Program-made: the position numbers and the translations under genes | Part shown: piece after piece, positions 55,971 to 64,000 of the stretch | Numbering within the stretch: position 1 is the stretch's first letter | Layout: every line of letters begins with the position of its first letter | The notes under the pieces: model-generated | Seen by the model: only the letters and a program-made list of their open reading frames with translations | Databases searched by the model: none | What the model was told of the DNA's origin: nothing | Source of the DNA: Pseudomonadota bacterium | GTDB lineage: Bacteria; Pseudomonadota; Alphaproteobacteria; Sphingomonadales; SMXR01 | Assembly (NCBI GenBank): GCA_022566895.1 | Contig: JADFIA010000004.1 | Span: 1,647 to 65,646, forward strand | Length of the DNA stretch: 64,000 nt | Direction: 5' to 3'

Positions 55971-56621
55971 TCAGGCGCTTCGGGCACCGTCGCGGCTAGC
56001 TTTAATCAAGTCAAGCGCCGCCTGGAACGCGGCCTCTATATCCAAATTCGTGGTATTTAGCAAGAGCGCATCTGCGGCTCTCTTCAGAGGCGCCGTTTCA
56101 CGCTCGATATCGCGCTGATCACGAGCCTGGATTTCGGACAACACTTCCTCGTAGTCATGGGCTTCTCCGCGGCCCTTAAGCTCGAGCATTCTGCGGCGCG
56201 CGCGCTCTTCGTCGGTGGCGGTTATGAACAGCTTTACGTCGGCCTGCGGGCAGACCACGGTGCCGATGTCCCGCCCGTCGATAACCGCGCCGGCCGCCCC
56301 GCCCGGCGGATGGGAGGCAAAATCACGCTGAAAATGAACCAGCGCCCTGCGCACTTCTGGGATAGCTGCGACCAGGGAAGCAGCGGCCCCGGTCTCTTGG
56401 TCGCGAATGGCGGGTTCGTTCATGATTTCCGGATCGAGCTCTTCGGCCGCGCTGACCGCGGCGGCTGCGTCGCTCGGCTCCCGCCCGGCCCGCAGGAGAG
56501 CCAGGGCGACAGCTCTATAAAGGGCGCCGGAATCAAGATGGGCGTAGCCGAAATGCGCCGCGATCTTTCCGGCTATCGTCCCTTTGCCGGCCGCCGATGG
56601 CCCATCGATGGCAATGATCAT
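55971..56621 (-). CDS. cmk: cytidylate kinase
   Basis: MIIAIDGPSAAGKGT P-loop after GGAGG. ...GRDIGTVV. Confidence 0.9.
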   Translation of the reverse strand: MIIAIDGPSAAGKGTIAGKIAAHFGYAHLDSGALYRAVALALLRAGREPSDAAAAVSAAEELDPEIMNEPAIRDQETGAAASLVAAIPEVRRALVHFQRDFASHPPGGAAGAVIDGRDIGTVVCPQADVKLFITATDEERARRRMLELKGRGEAHDYEEVLSEIQARDQRDIERETAPLKRAADALLLNTTNLDIEAAFQAALDLIKASRDGARSA

Positions 56622-56889
56622 GGTGCCTCCCATGGCGCCGCCCTGACCGCGCCAAAGGCAATCAGATGCACTACCAAATGCTGTGCTGACGTTGCTGCCC
56701 CATACGTGATCGCCCGTCAAGGGGTCGGCGCCCTCAAGCCGGGCCGAAACGGATCTGGCGGGCGTCCTGCGGCGTCAAATTCAAAATCGTCCGCCCCTTC
56801 GAGAAGTCTTTGACACTCGCGCCTGATCGTGGCAATGGATGCGGCTGTTCAAGACCTTCAGACCAACTATGTGAGGTGAGGAAACGAAA

Positions 56890-57270
56890 GTGGCGAAACC
56901 TGAATGGGGATCAAAGAGGACCTGCCCCGAGTGCAGTACGCGGTTTTACGACTTGGGAAAGGGCGAGCCCGTGACCTGCATCTCTTGCGGCCACGTCTGG
57001 ACGCCGGGGCCGCTTTTGAAATCGCGGCAGCACGATGCACGTACGCGCAAGCCGCGGGCAAAGCCTGACCGCCAAGTCAAAGACACCGATGCGGAAAAGC
57101 CGGATTCGGCGGATGCCGGTGCCGAAGTCGATACTGATGTTGATGACCAGGTTAAAACCGATGCCGATGGCAAAGGGCGCGAGAAACCCGTCCCGGACGC
57201 CGACGAGGATGACAATAATCCTGATCCCGCGGCGGGGACCGTGCAAAAGATCGATGCAAAAAAGGGCTAG
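56890..57270 (+). CDS. TIGR02300/FYDLN_acid-type zinc-ribbon protein with acidic tail
   Basis: GTG start. KRTCPECSTRFYDLGK...CISCGH zinc ribbon followed by an Asp/Lys-rich tail. Confidence 0.7.
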   Translation: MAKPEWGSKRTCPECSTRFYDLGKGEPVTCISCGHVWTPGPLLKSRQHDARTRKPRAKPDRQVKDTDAEKPDSADAGAEVDTDVDDQVKTDADGKGREKPVPDADEDDNNPDPAAGTVQKIDAKKG

Positions 57271-57329
57271 GCGGTCGGCCAGGATCGTCGGGGCTGCCCC
57301 CAATGCAGCCGGTTTGAAGTGACGGATAT

Positions 57330-57405
<76 letters not shown>

Positions 57406-57513
57406 ATCTTCGATTACTTTCGGATTTGGCTGGCCATTCTCGCCAGTCTTGAACTTTGTGTTAATGTTTACCCGCTAGATAGACACCGGGGTACTCAATC
57501 GCGGGAGTGAAGG

Positions 57514-57741
57514 ATGACCGATTCGGGCAGATTGGCGTTGGTTATAGCCGTCATCGCGGCCTACATGAGCCTGATCGCCGGCCCAGCCATGTCCTATATC
57601 GGCCCCGGGGCTGGATTAACGGCGATCGGAACGGTTCTGGCTCTCATCGGGGCGGTCGTGTTGGCGATTTTTGGTTTTGTCTGGTATCCGATAAAACGAT
57701 ACATGCGCAAACGCAGGCAAAGCCGGACCAAAGCAAAATGA
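57514..57741 (+). CDS. 75-aa two-TM protein with basic C-terminal tail
   Basis: LALVIAVIAAYMSLIAGPAMSYIGPGAGLTAIGTVLALIGAVVLAIFGFVWY followed by KRYMRKRRQSRTKAK. Its stop overlaps the next start (ATGA). Confidence 0.55.
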   Translation: MTDSGRLALVIAVIAAYMSLIAGPAMSYIGPGAGLTAIGTVLALIGAVVLAIFGFVWYPIKRYMRKRRQSRTKAK

Positions 57742-58106
57742 TCTATCTCTTTATCAGCTTCGGGCTGTTTCTCTTTGTCCTCGCCTTTCATTTTCTGAAG
57801 ATTGTTCCCGCGACAATGGACAGCGTTGCCGTGGCCCGTGGCGCCTTTGACGCGGTGCGCTCCCAGTCCCTTGGCGATGAGGAAAAGGAGGCGGCCTCCC
57901 GCAAGGCCGCGGCGCAGCTGTTCGGCGGTTTTTTTTCGATTCTCATTCGCAGCGCCGCGGCCCTGGCGATTTCTCTCTTACCCGTGCTTTTCGGTACCAC
58001 GGCCGGTCTATTTACGATCGGCGAAGCGACCGCCGCCGCCACGAATGGATATTTCGTCGGCGGTTCGCTTCTGCTGGTCTTGCCGATGATGGTTATTCTG
58101 CGATGA
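57738..58106 (+). CDS. 122-aa multi-TM membrane protein
   Basis: MIYLFISFGLFLFVLAFHF... with 3-4 hydrophobic helices. ATGA overlaps at both ends. Confidence 0.55.
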   Translation: MIYLFISFGLFLFVLAFHFLKIVPATMDSVAVARGAFDAVRSQSLGDEEKEAASRKAAAQLFGGFFSILIRSAAALAISLLPVLFGTTAGLFTIGEATAAATNGYFVGGSLLLVLPMMVILR

Positions 58107-59188
58107 CCGATAGTCGGTCGTACAACGCTTTCGAGCGCGGCTTGCACCGGCTCGCTTTTGCCGTGACACGGGCCCAGTTGGGACTAGCTGATGTTGAGGA
58201 CGGAATATTCGCGCAGCGTTTGGAACGGATCGAGATCAGGCGTCCGCTGTTCATAACCTCATTGCCGCGGGCCGGCACGACGCTTCTCTTGGAGATGCTC
58301 TGCGCCACCGGCGAATTTGCCTCCCACACCTACCGGGATATGCCTTTTGTGCTCTGTCCTATGATTTGGGATCGGCTGTCGCGAGGGTTTCGAAAAGCGG
58401 AGATGCGGCGCCAGCGGGCCCATGCGGACGGTATGGAAATTGGTTTCGACAGCCCGGAAGCGCTGGAAGAAGTTATCTGGAAGCGCTTCTGGCCAGAAAA
58501 ATATGGCGACACCAGCATCGCCCTGTGGTCGGCGGCCGATCGAGATGTCGATTTTGAGGATTTCCTGCAAAAACACATGACCAAGATCGTCGCCCTGCGA
58601 AGTGTTGCCGATACGGATAAATCGAGGCGCCGCTATGTCTCCAAAAACAATGCGAATATTGCGCGCATTGAACTTATTGGCGCGCTTTTCCCGGACGCGG
58701 GGTTCCTAATCCCGTTTCGCAATCCTGCCGACCATATTTCATCGCTATTGAGGCAACACCAACGCTTTTCGGATTTGCACGCCGGCGACGCTTTTGCCCG
58801 CGACTATATGCGATGGCTGGGACACTTTGAGTTTGGCCATCTCACCAGACCGCTTGATTTCGACCGATGGTTCACCGGCGCTCGGCAGCTGGAGGCCGGG
58901 GACCCGGGGTTTTGGGCGGGTTATTGGCTGGCGGCTTATTCACATCTTTTGGGATTGGCGGCGGACCAAGTCGTGTTGATCGATTACGATCGGCTGTGCC
59001 GGGAGCCTGAGGAAACGCTGGCCCGTCTGGCTCTAAAATTGGGGCTCGACGATCCTAACCGTTTGATCGCCCAAGCGGGGCGCTTGCGGTCGCCAACAGG
59101 ATACGAGGCGACCGATCTGGGAGTCCCAACCGGCATCCTGGAGGCCATCAATGAAACCCATAAGCAATTGGTTGAAAGCGCTATTTAG
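58103..59188 (+). CDS. PAPS-dependent sulfotransferase family protein (Sulfotransfer_3-like)
   Basis: 5'-PSB loop ITSLPRAGTTLLLEML. 3'-PB region YVSKNNANIARIELIGALFPDAGFLIPFRNPADHISSLL. Confidence 0.75.
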   Translation: MTDSRSYNAFERGLHRLAFAVTRAQLGLADVEDGIFAQRLERIEIRRPLFITSLPRAGTTLLLEMLCATGEFASHTYRDMPFVLCPMIWDRLSRGFRKAEMRRQRAHADGMEIGFDSPEALEEVIWKRFWPEKYGDTSIALWSAADRDVDFEDFLQKHMTKIVALRSVADTDKSRRRYVSKNNANIARIELIGALFPDAGFLIPFRNPADHISSLLRQHQRFSDLHAGDAFARDYMRWLGHFEFGHLTRPLDFDRWFTGARQLEAGDPGFWAGYWLAAYSHLLGLAADQVVLIDYDRLCREPEETLARLALKLGLDDPNRLIAQAGRLRSPTGYEATDLGVPTGILEAINETHKQLVESAI

Positions 59189-59215
59189 TTGGACTCCGCA
59201 AAAGGTGGAAGGGCG

Positions 59216-60490
59216 ATGAAAGAGAAGCACGCAAGATATCTATTCCTGTTCTCGGTGGCGTTTCTGGCCTATTTGACCGGCGTCCTGACCGGCGCCTTCG
59301 AGCTACCGCCCTATAAGCTCGTCAGCTCCTCAATTCGCGATGTGGCGGGTTTCGTGATCCACTGGAAAAACGATTTGGGGATCGAACCGACCCGGCATCT
59401 GTATCGAGGGCAGAAGTCCCGCACAGTCTGGAACATCGTCGATCCCCAGCGTATGTCCAAGGGTCTTAGAGTGGTCGCCAGCGTGACGCCAAGCCATGAC
59501 GCTTTATACGGCGTGCGCCTGTTTGATCAGGACGGAAACGAACTGCATTACTGGCCGGTTCATTATGACCGCCTGGATCCCGACGGCAGAAGCCCGAATA
59601 ATATCTTCCTGCATGGCTTTTCGGTCTTCGAGGATGGAGCGATTGTTGTCAATTTTGACCGCGGCGGTGCCCTGGCCAAGATCGACGCCTGTGGCAATAC
59701 GCTTTGGAAGCTGGGCGGCGGCTTCCATCATCTCGTAAACCGGTCCTACGACGGCTCAATATGGGCTTGGCAATACCGTACGGACTATACTTTCGATCAC
59801 TGGCTCGTCCAGATAGACCCTGTCAGCGGGGATTTTTTACGCAGAATCTCTCTGATTGAGGACATCATACTGAAACCGGACCAAATGGGAATCTTTGGCG
59901 TCCTACGTTTTGACGAAGTGACTCCCTCACGATACCAGTCTGACCCATTTCACCCCAATGATGTTGAGATACTGGGTCCCGACAAATCGGACGCCTTTCC
60001 GGAGTTTGGTACAGGAGATATAATGATCAGCCTGCGTAGCCTCAATTTGGTGGCGGTCCTGGATTCGGAAAGTCTGAAGGCAAAGTGGTATCAACACGGT
60101 CCCTGGCACCGCCAGCACGACCCGGACTTCCAGCCCGATGGAACGATTACTGTCTTTGACAACCGCCTCGATCTCGGCCAGTCGCAAATCGTCAGGATCG
60201 ATCCCCTAAGCGGTGAGTGGGCGAGCCTGTTCCGCGGCAGCGACGAGATTCCCTTCTATACCCGCATGCGCGGTCAGCATCAGCTGTTAGAGAACGGCAA
60301 TCTGTTGCTGACTCCAGCCAACAGCGGCCGGGTTCTGGAGGTTTCGCCGCAAGGCAAGCTTGTGTGGGAATATCAAAACGTCTTCGATGAGACGAGAAAC
60401 GGCGTCGTCAGCATGGCCATGTTGGTACCCGAAGATTTCTTCGCGCCCGGTGCTTTGACCTGTCCTTCTCGTCTCTCAACCGGCGGCTAG
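59216..60490 (+). CDS. membrane-anchored arylsulfotransferase (ASST)-like beta-propeller protein
   Basis: N-terminal anchor YLFLFSVAFLAYLTGVLTGAF. FHPNDVEIL, GDIMISLRSLNLVAVLDSESLKAKW and HRQHDPDFQPDGTITVFDN resemble ASST family signatures. ATG at 59216 follows GGTGGAAGGG (an alternative TTG lies at 59189). Confidence 0.6.
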   Translation: MKEKHARYLFLFSVAFLAYLTGVLTGAFELPPYKLVSSSIRDVAGFVIHWKNDLGIEPTRHLYRGQKSRTVWNIVDPQRMSKGLRVVASVTPSHDALYGVRLFDQDGNELHYWPVHYDRLDPDGRSPNNIFLHGFSVFEDGAIVVNFDRGGALAKIDACGNTLWKLGGGFHHLVNRSYDGSIWAWQYRTDYTFDHWLVQIDPVSGDFLRRISLIEDIILKPDQMGIFGVLRFDEVTPSRYQSDPFHPNDVEILGPDKSDAFPEFGTGDIMISLRSLNLVAVLDSESLKAKWYQHGPWHRQHDPDFQPDGTITVFDNRLDLGQSQIVRIDPLSGEWASLFRGSDEIPFYTRMRGQHQLLENGNLLLTPANSGRVLEVSPQGKLVWEYQNVFDETRNGVVSMAMLVPEDFFAPGALTCPSRLSTGG

Positions 60491-60500
60491 TCCACGCCGG

Positions 60501-61211
60501 CTACCAAGGGATCTCGCGGCCCTCGTAGCTCAGGAATTTTCCGGAATCGGATAGCGTCAATCCGTCGATCACGGCCCTGAGGCCGGTCACGCTTTCCTCG
60601 ACCGAGATTTCGCCGGCTTTTGTGCCCATGTCTGTCCGCACCCACCCCGGGTGCAGAACCAGGGCAATTATACCGCGATCCCGCAAATCGCCACTCAAGC
60701 ATTTCATGACCACGTTCAAGGCTGCCTTTGAAGATCGATAGGCATAAAAACCACCCTCCATGACAGTCAGCGAGCCCATATCGGAGGTAATCGCAGCCAT
60801 GATCTTCTTCTCGCTCGCCGCCACATTGTCGGCGAAGGCCTCGGCGAACTTCATGGCGGTCATAGTGTTGACCTCGAAGGCCCGGGCCCAGATTCCGTAG
60901 TCCATTGATCCGAACTGCTGGTCCGGGGCGCCTTCCCCGAAACCCTGGCCGCCCAACACGCCGGCGTTGTTGACCAGAACATCGATCGGCGTGCCGGCAA
61001 GATCCGCCGCCAGCGCCTCGATCGCTATATGGTCGGTAACGTCCAGTTGGTGAACGCTCAGTTCGTCGTGTTCCTTTTCGAGGTTTTCAAGCGCCTCGCA
61101 GGCCAGCAGATCCCGGCAGGTCGCAAAGACCCGCCAGCCGTCGGCCACATATTGGCGGGCCAACTCAAGGCCGATGCCGCGGTTGGTCCCGGTAATGAGT
61201 ACGCTTGGCAT
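60501..61211 (-). CDS. SDR family oxidoreductase (CsgA/C-factor-like short form)
   Basis: VLITGTNRGIGLELARQY, NNAG, and YRSSKAALN catalytic motif. Confidence 0.85.
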   Translation of the reverse strand: MPSVLITGTNRGIGLELARQYVADGWRVFATCRDLLACEALENLEKEHDELSVHQLDVTDHIAIEALAADLAGTPIDVLVNNAGVLGGQGFGEGAPDQQFGSMDYGIWARAFEVNTMTAMKFAEAFADNVAASEKKIMAAITSDMGSLTVMEGGFYAYRSSKAALNVVMKCLSGDLRDRGIIALVLHPGWVRTDMGTKAGEISVEESVTGLRAVIDGLTLSDSGKFLSYEGREIPW

Positions 61212-61254
61212 AATCTTTTTGCTCTCCTTTCGCCGACCTTCCCAACCGTGAGGT

Positions 61255-62493
61255 TTAAAGCGGCTTGCCTTTGCTCTCGCCCCAGCGGTCCATCAGCTGG
61301 TTCGAGGGCCTGGTCTCGTCAACGACCTTGTCGGCAGTCTCGACCCCCGCCACCGGCAGGCCTTCCGGGTTCAATAACCCGATCTGGACCAAGACCGAGG
61401 CCTGATCCCAATAGATATGCTCGTGATAGAGCTTGCCGCCGCGCATGCAGGCGATCACCACCAGTGGAATCTCCACCCTCTTGCCGGTCGGCGGTACGCC
61501 GGGCAGCATCCAGTCGATTTCCTTTGTGTGGGTAAATGAAAAGATCATTTCATCGACCACGCGGTCGGTGCCGATGGTGCGCGAGATCGAAGTCAGGGCC
61601 GTATCTTCAGGCAGACTGGGAATGAAATGATATTTGTAAAAACGGTGCAAAAGCTCCTTGCCGACGCCACCGGTCATGGTTGGCACGTGGTTGACGTAGG
61701 GCGCCTCGACCATGGTTTTCATGGTTTCGGCCGCGTCGTGATCGACAAATTCGAGCTTGGTGTGCTGATCCCACAGCGCCTCAAGATCGAAATGCGGCCC
61801 CATGACGCTCTTGAGGCACGCCAGGGTCCGCGATTGGGCAATCAGCGCCGAGGGCCGGTGGTAATGCTCCTCACCCTCGCGGGAAAAGGCGTGATCGACC
61901 CCCGGATAGACATATATTTTGACCAATGGGTGCCCGGCGAAGTTATTCTCGACCGCGGCGATGGCCTCCGGCGGAACGAACTGGTCCTGGCCCGCGAAAT
62001 GCAGCACGGTCGGGCATTTAATGCCTTTTGATTCGCCCAAATGTTCCTCGATCCCGACCCCGTAATAGGAGACGGCAGCTTTTGGCGAATGCCGGCAGGC
62101 GGTCAGAAAGGACAGCTTGCCGCCGAGGCAATAGCCCAGCACCGCCGGGCCGTCCGTGCATTCGGGAAGCGCGCTGAGGGCGTCCAGGGCGGCGCCCATA
62201 TCCTCAATCCCGCGATCGACGTCGAAGGCTTGAAATAGCTCAAAGGCCCGCTGCCAGTCCTCTTCGCTGTAGCCCAAGTCGATATCCGGCTCGAGGCGCC
62301 AGAACAGATCCGGCACCAAGACCACATAACCTTCCTCGGCAAAGCGATCGGCCACCAGCCGCATAACCTTGTTGACGCCAAAAATCTCCTGGGCCACGAC
62401 GATCCCCGGGCCCGTACCGCCTTCTGGCAGGGCCAGATAGCCCGAAAATTCGCCTCCGTCGCTAGCCTGCATGGAAATTCGACGGCTCTTCAT
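61255..62493 (-). CDS. dienelactone hydrolase domain fused to a C-terminal NTF2/SnoaL-like domain
   Basis: N-terminal 240 aa: GIVVAQEIFGVN...GYCLGG (nucleophile elbow)...HAF. C-terminal about 170 aa: LEALWDQHTKLEFVDHDAAETM...ACMRGGKLYHEHIYWDQASVLVQIG is typical of SnoaL-like folds. Confidence 0.65.
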   Translation of the reverse strand: MKSRRISMQASDGGEFSGYLALPEGGTGPGIVVAQEIFGVNKVMRLVADRFAEEGYVVLVPDLFWRLEPDIDLGYSEEDWQRAFELFQAFDVDRGIEDMGAALDALSALPECTDGPAVLGYCLGGKLSFLTACRHSPKAAVSYYGVGIEEHLGESKGIKCPTVLHFAGQDQFVPPEAIAAVENNFAGHPLVKIYVYPGVDHAFSREGEEHYHRPSALIAQSRTLACLKSVMGPHFDLEALWDQHTKLEFVDHDAAETMKTMVEAPYVNHVPTMTGGVGKELLHRFYKYHFIPSLPEDTALTSISRTIGTDRVVDEMIFSFTHTKEIDWMLPGVPPTGKRVEIPLVVIACMRGGKLYHEHIYWDQASVLVQIGLLNPEGLPVAGVETADKVVDETRPSNQLMDRWGESKGKPL

Positions 62494-62563
62494 AATCTGT
62501 TTCCCTGTTTATCAAATGAACTTAAATTTGCACCGAGTCGGCCTGGCCAGCATAGACCTTTGC

Positions 62564-63769
62564 TCAGGCCTTCTCCACAACCCCCCGCAGTCGTCCCACG
62601 GCCTCCCATAGGTCTGTAAAACGCAGGCAAAAGGGCTGGAAACCGAATCGCATAGCGTTGGGCGGCCGGAACGAGCACAAGACACCGGCCTTGATCAGGG
62701 CTTCGCTCAGCTCGGCCCCCCGCTCGTGGGCGATCGTCACCTGACCGCCGCGTCTGTCCGTCTCTTTGGGTGTAATAATTGTAAAGCCAAAGGACGACAG
62801 TTCCTGCTCCACGAGATCGATAAACAGGCCTGTTAGCGCCCGGTTTTTTTCGAAGGCCAGGCTGGGATCGATCCCCTCCCAAACGTCGAGCGCCGCTTCG
62901 AGCACGGTCAGTGCCAGCACTTCCGGCGACCCGCAGAGGAAGCGGCGCATGCCGTCGGCCGGCCGGTAGTCGGTCTCGAACGACATCGTATCGGCGTGGC
63001 TCATCCAGCCCGTCAGGGGATTGCTGGCCGTCGCCTGAAGATCCCGGCGCACGAAAGCAAAGGCCGGCGCGCCCGGTCCGCCGCCCAGATATTTATACCC
63101 GCAGCCGACCGCGAAATCGACGCCGGCGCCATTGAGATCGACTTCGGTGGCGCCTGCCGAATGCGAAATGTCCCACACCACAAGCGCCCCGGCCTGGTGA
63201 GCGCGGTGGGTAATCGCTTTGAGATCATGGCAGGCGCCGGTGCGGAAGCTGGCATGGGTCAGCGTGACTACCGAGACCTCTTGGTTGATCGCCGCAAGAA
63301 TGTCGTCGCCCTGCTCGACCATCTTGAGCTCGTACCGGTGGCCTCTCAGGGCGACGATGCCCTGGGCAATATGCAGATCGCTCGGAAAATTGTCACGCTC
63401 GGATAGGATCACCCGGCGCCCTTCGGGTTGCAGGGCAAGCGCCGCCATCAGAAGTTTGAACAGATTGACCGAAGTGCCGTCACCGACGATCACCTCGTCG
63501 TCTTCAGCCCCGATGAGGCGGGCCAGTTTGGCCCCGATGCGGGCCGGCGCCCCGATCCACCGGGGGTTCGCCCAACTGCGGCTGCGGCCCCGGCCCCAGG
63601 CCTCCCTGACCGTGGCTTCGAGCCTCGCGGGTGCGTCGGCGGGAAGCGGCCCCAGGGAATTGGCGTCGAGATAGATCGCGCCCTCTTCCCCCGCCTCGAA
63701 GCGGTCGCGAAACTCGGCCAGCGGATCGGCCGCATCCAGGTCCTTGCAATGTTCGAGGTCGATTGCCAT
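62564..63769 (-). CDS. kynU: kynureninase
   Basis: Collinear with my recollection of Pseudomonas KynU: IYLDANSLG, TSVNLFKLL, WDISHSAGA, GCGYKYLGGGPG, MRFGFQP. Confidence 0.85.
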   Translation of the reverse strand: MAIDLEHCKDLDAADPLAEFRDRFEAGEEGAIYLDANSLGPLPADAPARLEATVREAWGRGRSRSWANPRWIGAPARIGAKLARLIGAEDDEVIVGDGTSVNLFKLLMAALALQPEGRRVILSERDNFPSDLHIAQGIVALRGHRYELKMVEQGDDILAAINQEVSVVTLTHASFRTGACHDLKAITHRAHQAGALVVWDISHSAGATEVDLNGAGVDFAVGCGYKYLGGGPGAPAFAFVRRDLQATASNPLTGWMSHADTMSFETDYRPADGMRRFLCGSPEVLALTVLEAALDVWEGIDPSLAFEKNRALTGLFIDLVEQELSSFGFTIITPKETDRRGGQVTIAHERGAELSEALIKAGVLCSFRPPNAMRFGFQPFCLRFTDLWEAVGRLRGVVEKA

Positions 63770-63780
63770 CGAGGCGCCTC

Positions 63781-64000
63781 CTAATCCAGATTTCCGGCCA
63801 GTCGAGCCGCCGCTTCCTTGATCGTTGCCTCATTGCGGCAGGTGCAAAGCCGCAGAAAACCTTCTGCTTGGGCCGAGAAGAAGCTGCCCGGCGTCAAGCC
63901 GACGCCGGTTCGGCTCAGGATAGAGCGGGCGGCCTGGCGTGAATCCGGCATGCCGTCTAGGGCAAAATAGACATACATGGACCCCGGGGGCTTGGGCGGC
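63781..64000 (-). CDS. PLP-dependent aminotransferase, C-terminal fragment (5' end outside window)
   Basis: Frame is open to the window edge. ...LTPGSFFSAQAEGFLRLCTCRNEATIKEAAARL is a typical class I/II aminotransferase C-terminus. Confidence 0.6.
   Translation of the reverse strand, partial: PPKPPGSMYVYFALDGMPDSRQAARSILSRTGVGLTPGSFFSAQAEGFLRLCTCRNEATIKEAAARLAGNLD

Noticed and set aside
57406-60500. Classical integrative island at tRNA-Ala (att repeat plus integrase)
   Set aside because: No integrase, transposase or mobility gene is present. I found no direct repeat of the tRNA 3' end near 60.49 kb. Only the lower G+C and tRNA adjacency remain, so it is described as possibly horizontally acquired, not as a mobile element.

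Overview
High-G+C (about 60-70% in core genes by hand counts) chromosomal segment with alphaproteobacterial gene order. I found no rRNA, CRISPR array, transposase, integrase or IS element. There are two tRNAs: Val-CAC and Ala-GGC. Two long conserved housekeeping blocks dominate. Block 1 (27.9-46.9 kb) is pckA, divergent from chvI-chvG-hprK-EIIA(Man)-NPr-ahcY, then a DivL-like pseudokinase, tsaE, an AmgK-like kinase, a MurU-like transferase, addB, addA and trxA. Block 2 (46.9-56.7 kb, minus strand) is folC-accD-trpA-trpB-trpF-pyrF-lapA-like-ihfB-rpsA-cmk. The first 27 kb is more accessory. It holds a partial metzincin, tandem TPR/TonB-C paralogs (one frameshifted), GNAT, an exported His-1 protein, DUF2938, VOC, MscS, an M49-like lipoprotein and a frameshifted CPBP protease. 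It also holds a LysR-controlled Rieske/AhpD-like/SDR/GST cluster, an HU gene followed by a low-GC 4-TM orphan, a TonB-dependent receptor, a TetR operon, a complete pspF / pspABC locus with a clear sigma-54 promoter, sufE and an NSS transporter. The best candidates for something undescribed are three. (i) A low-GC, translationally coupled four-gene module next to tRNA-Ala: two tiny membrane proteins, a PAPS-type sulfotransferase and a membrane-anchored ASST-like propeller (57.5-60.5 kb). (ii) The HU / low-GC 4-TM pair (14.6-16.0 kb). (iii) Small non-annotated elements: a 58-codon ORF between the sigma-54 promoter and pspA, and a candidate sRNA with C/U-rich loops. All functional calls come from reading motifs in the supplied translations. 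No database search was possible.
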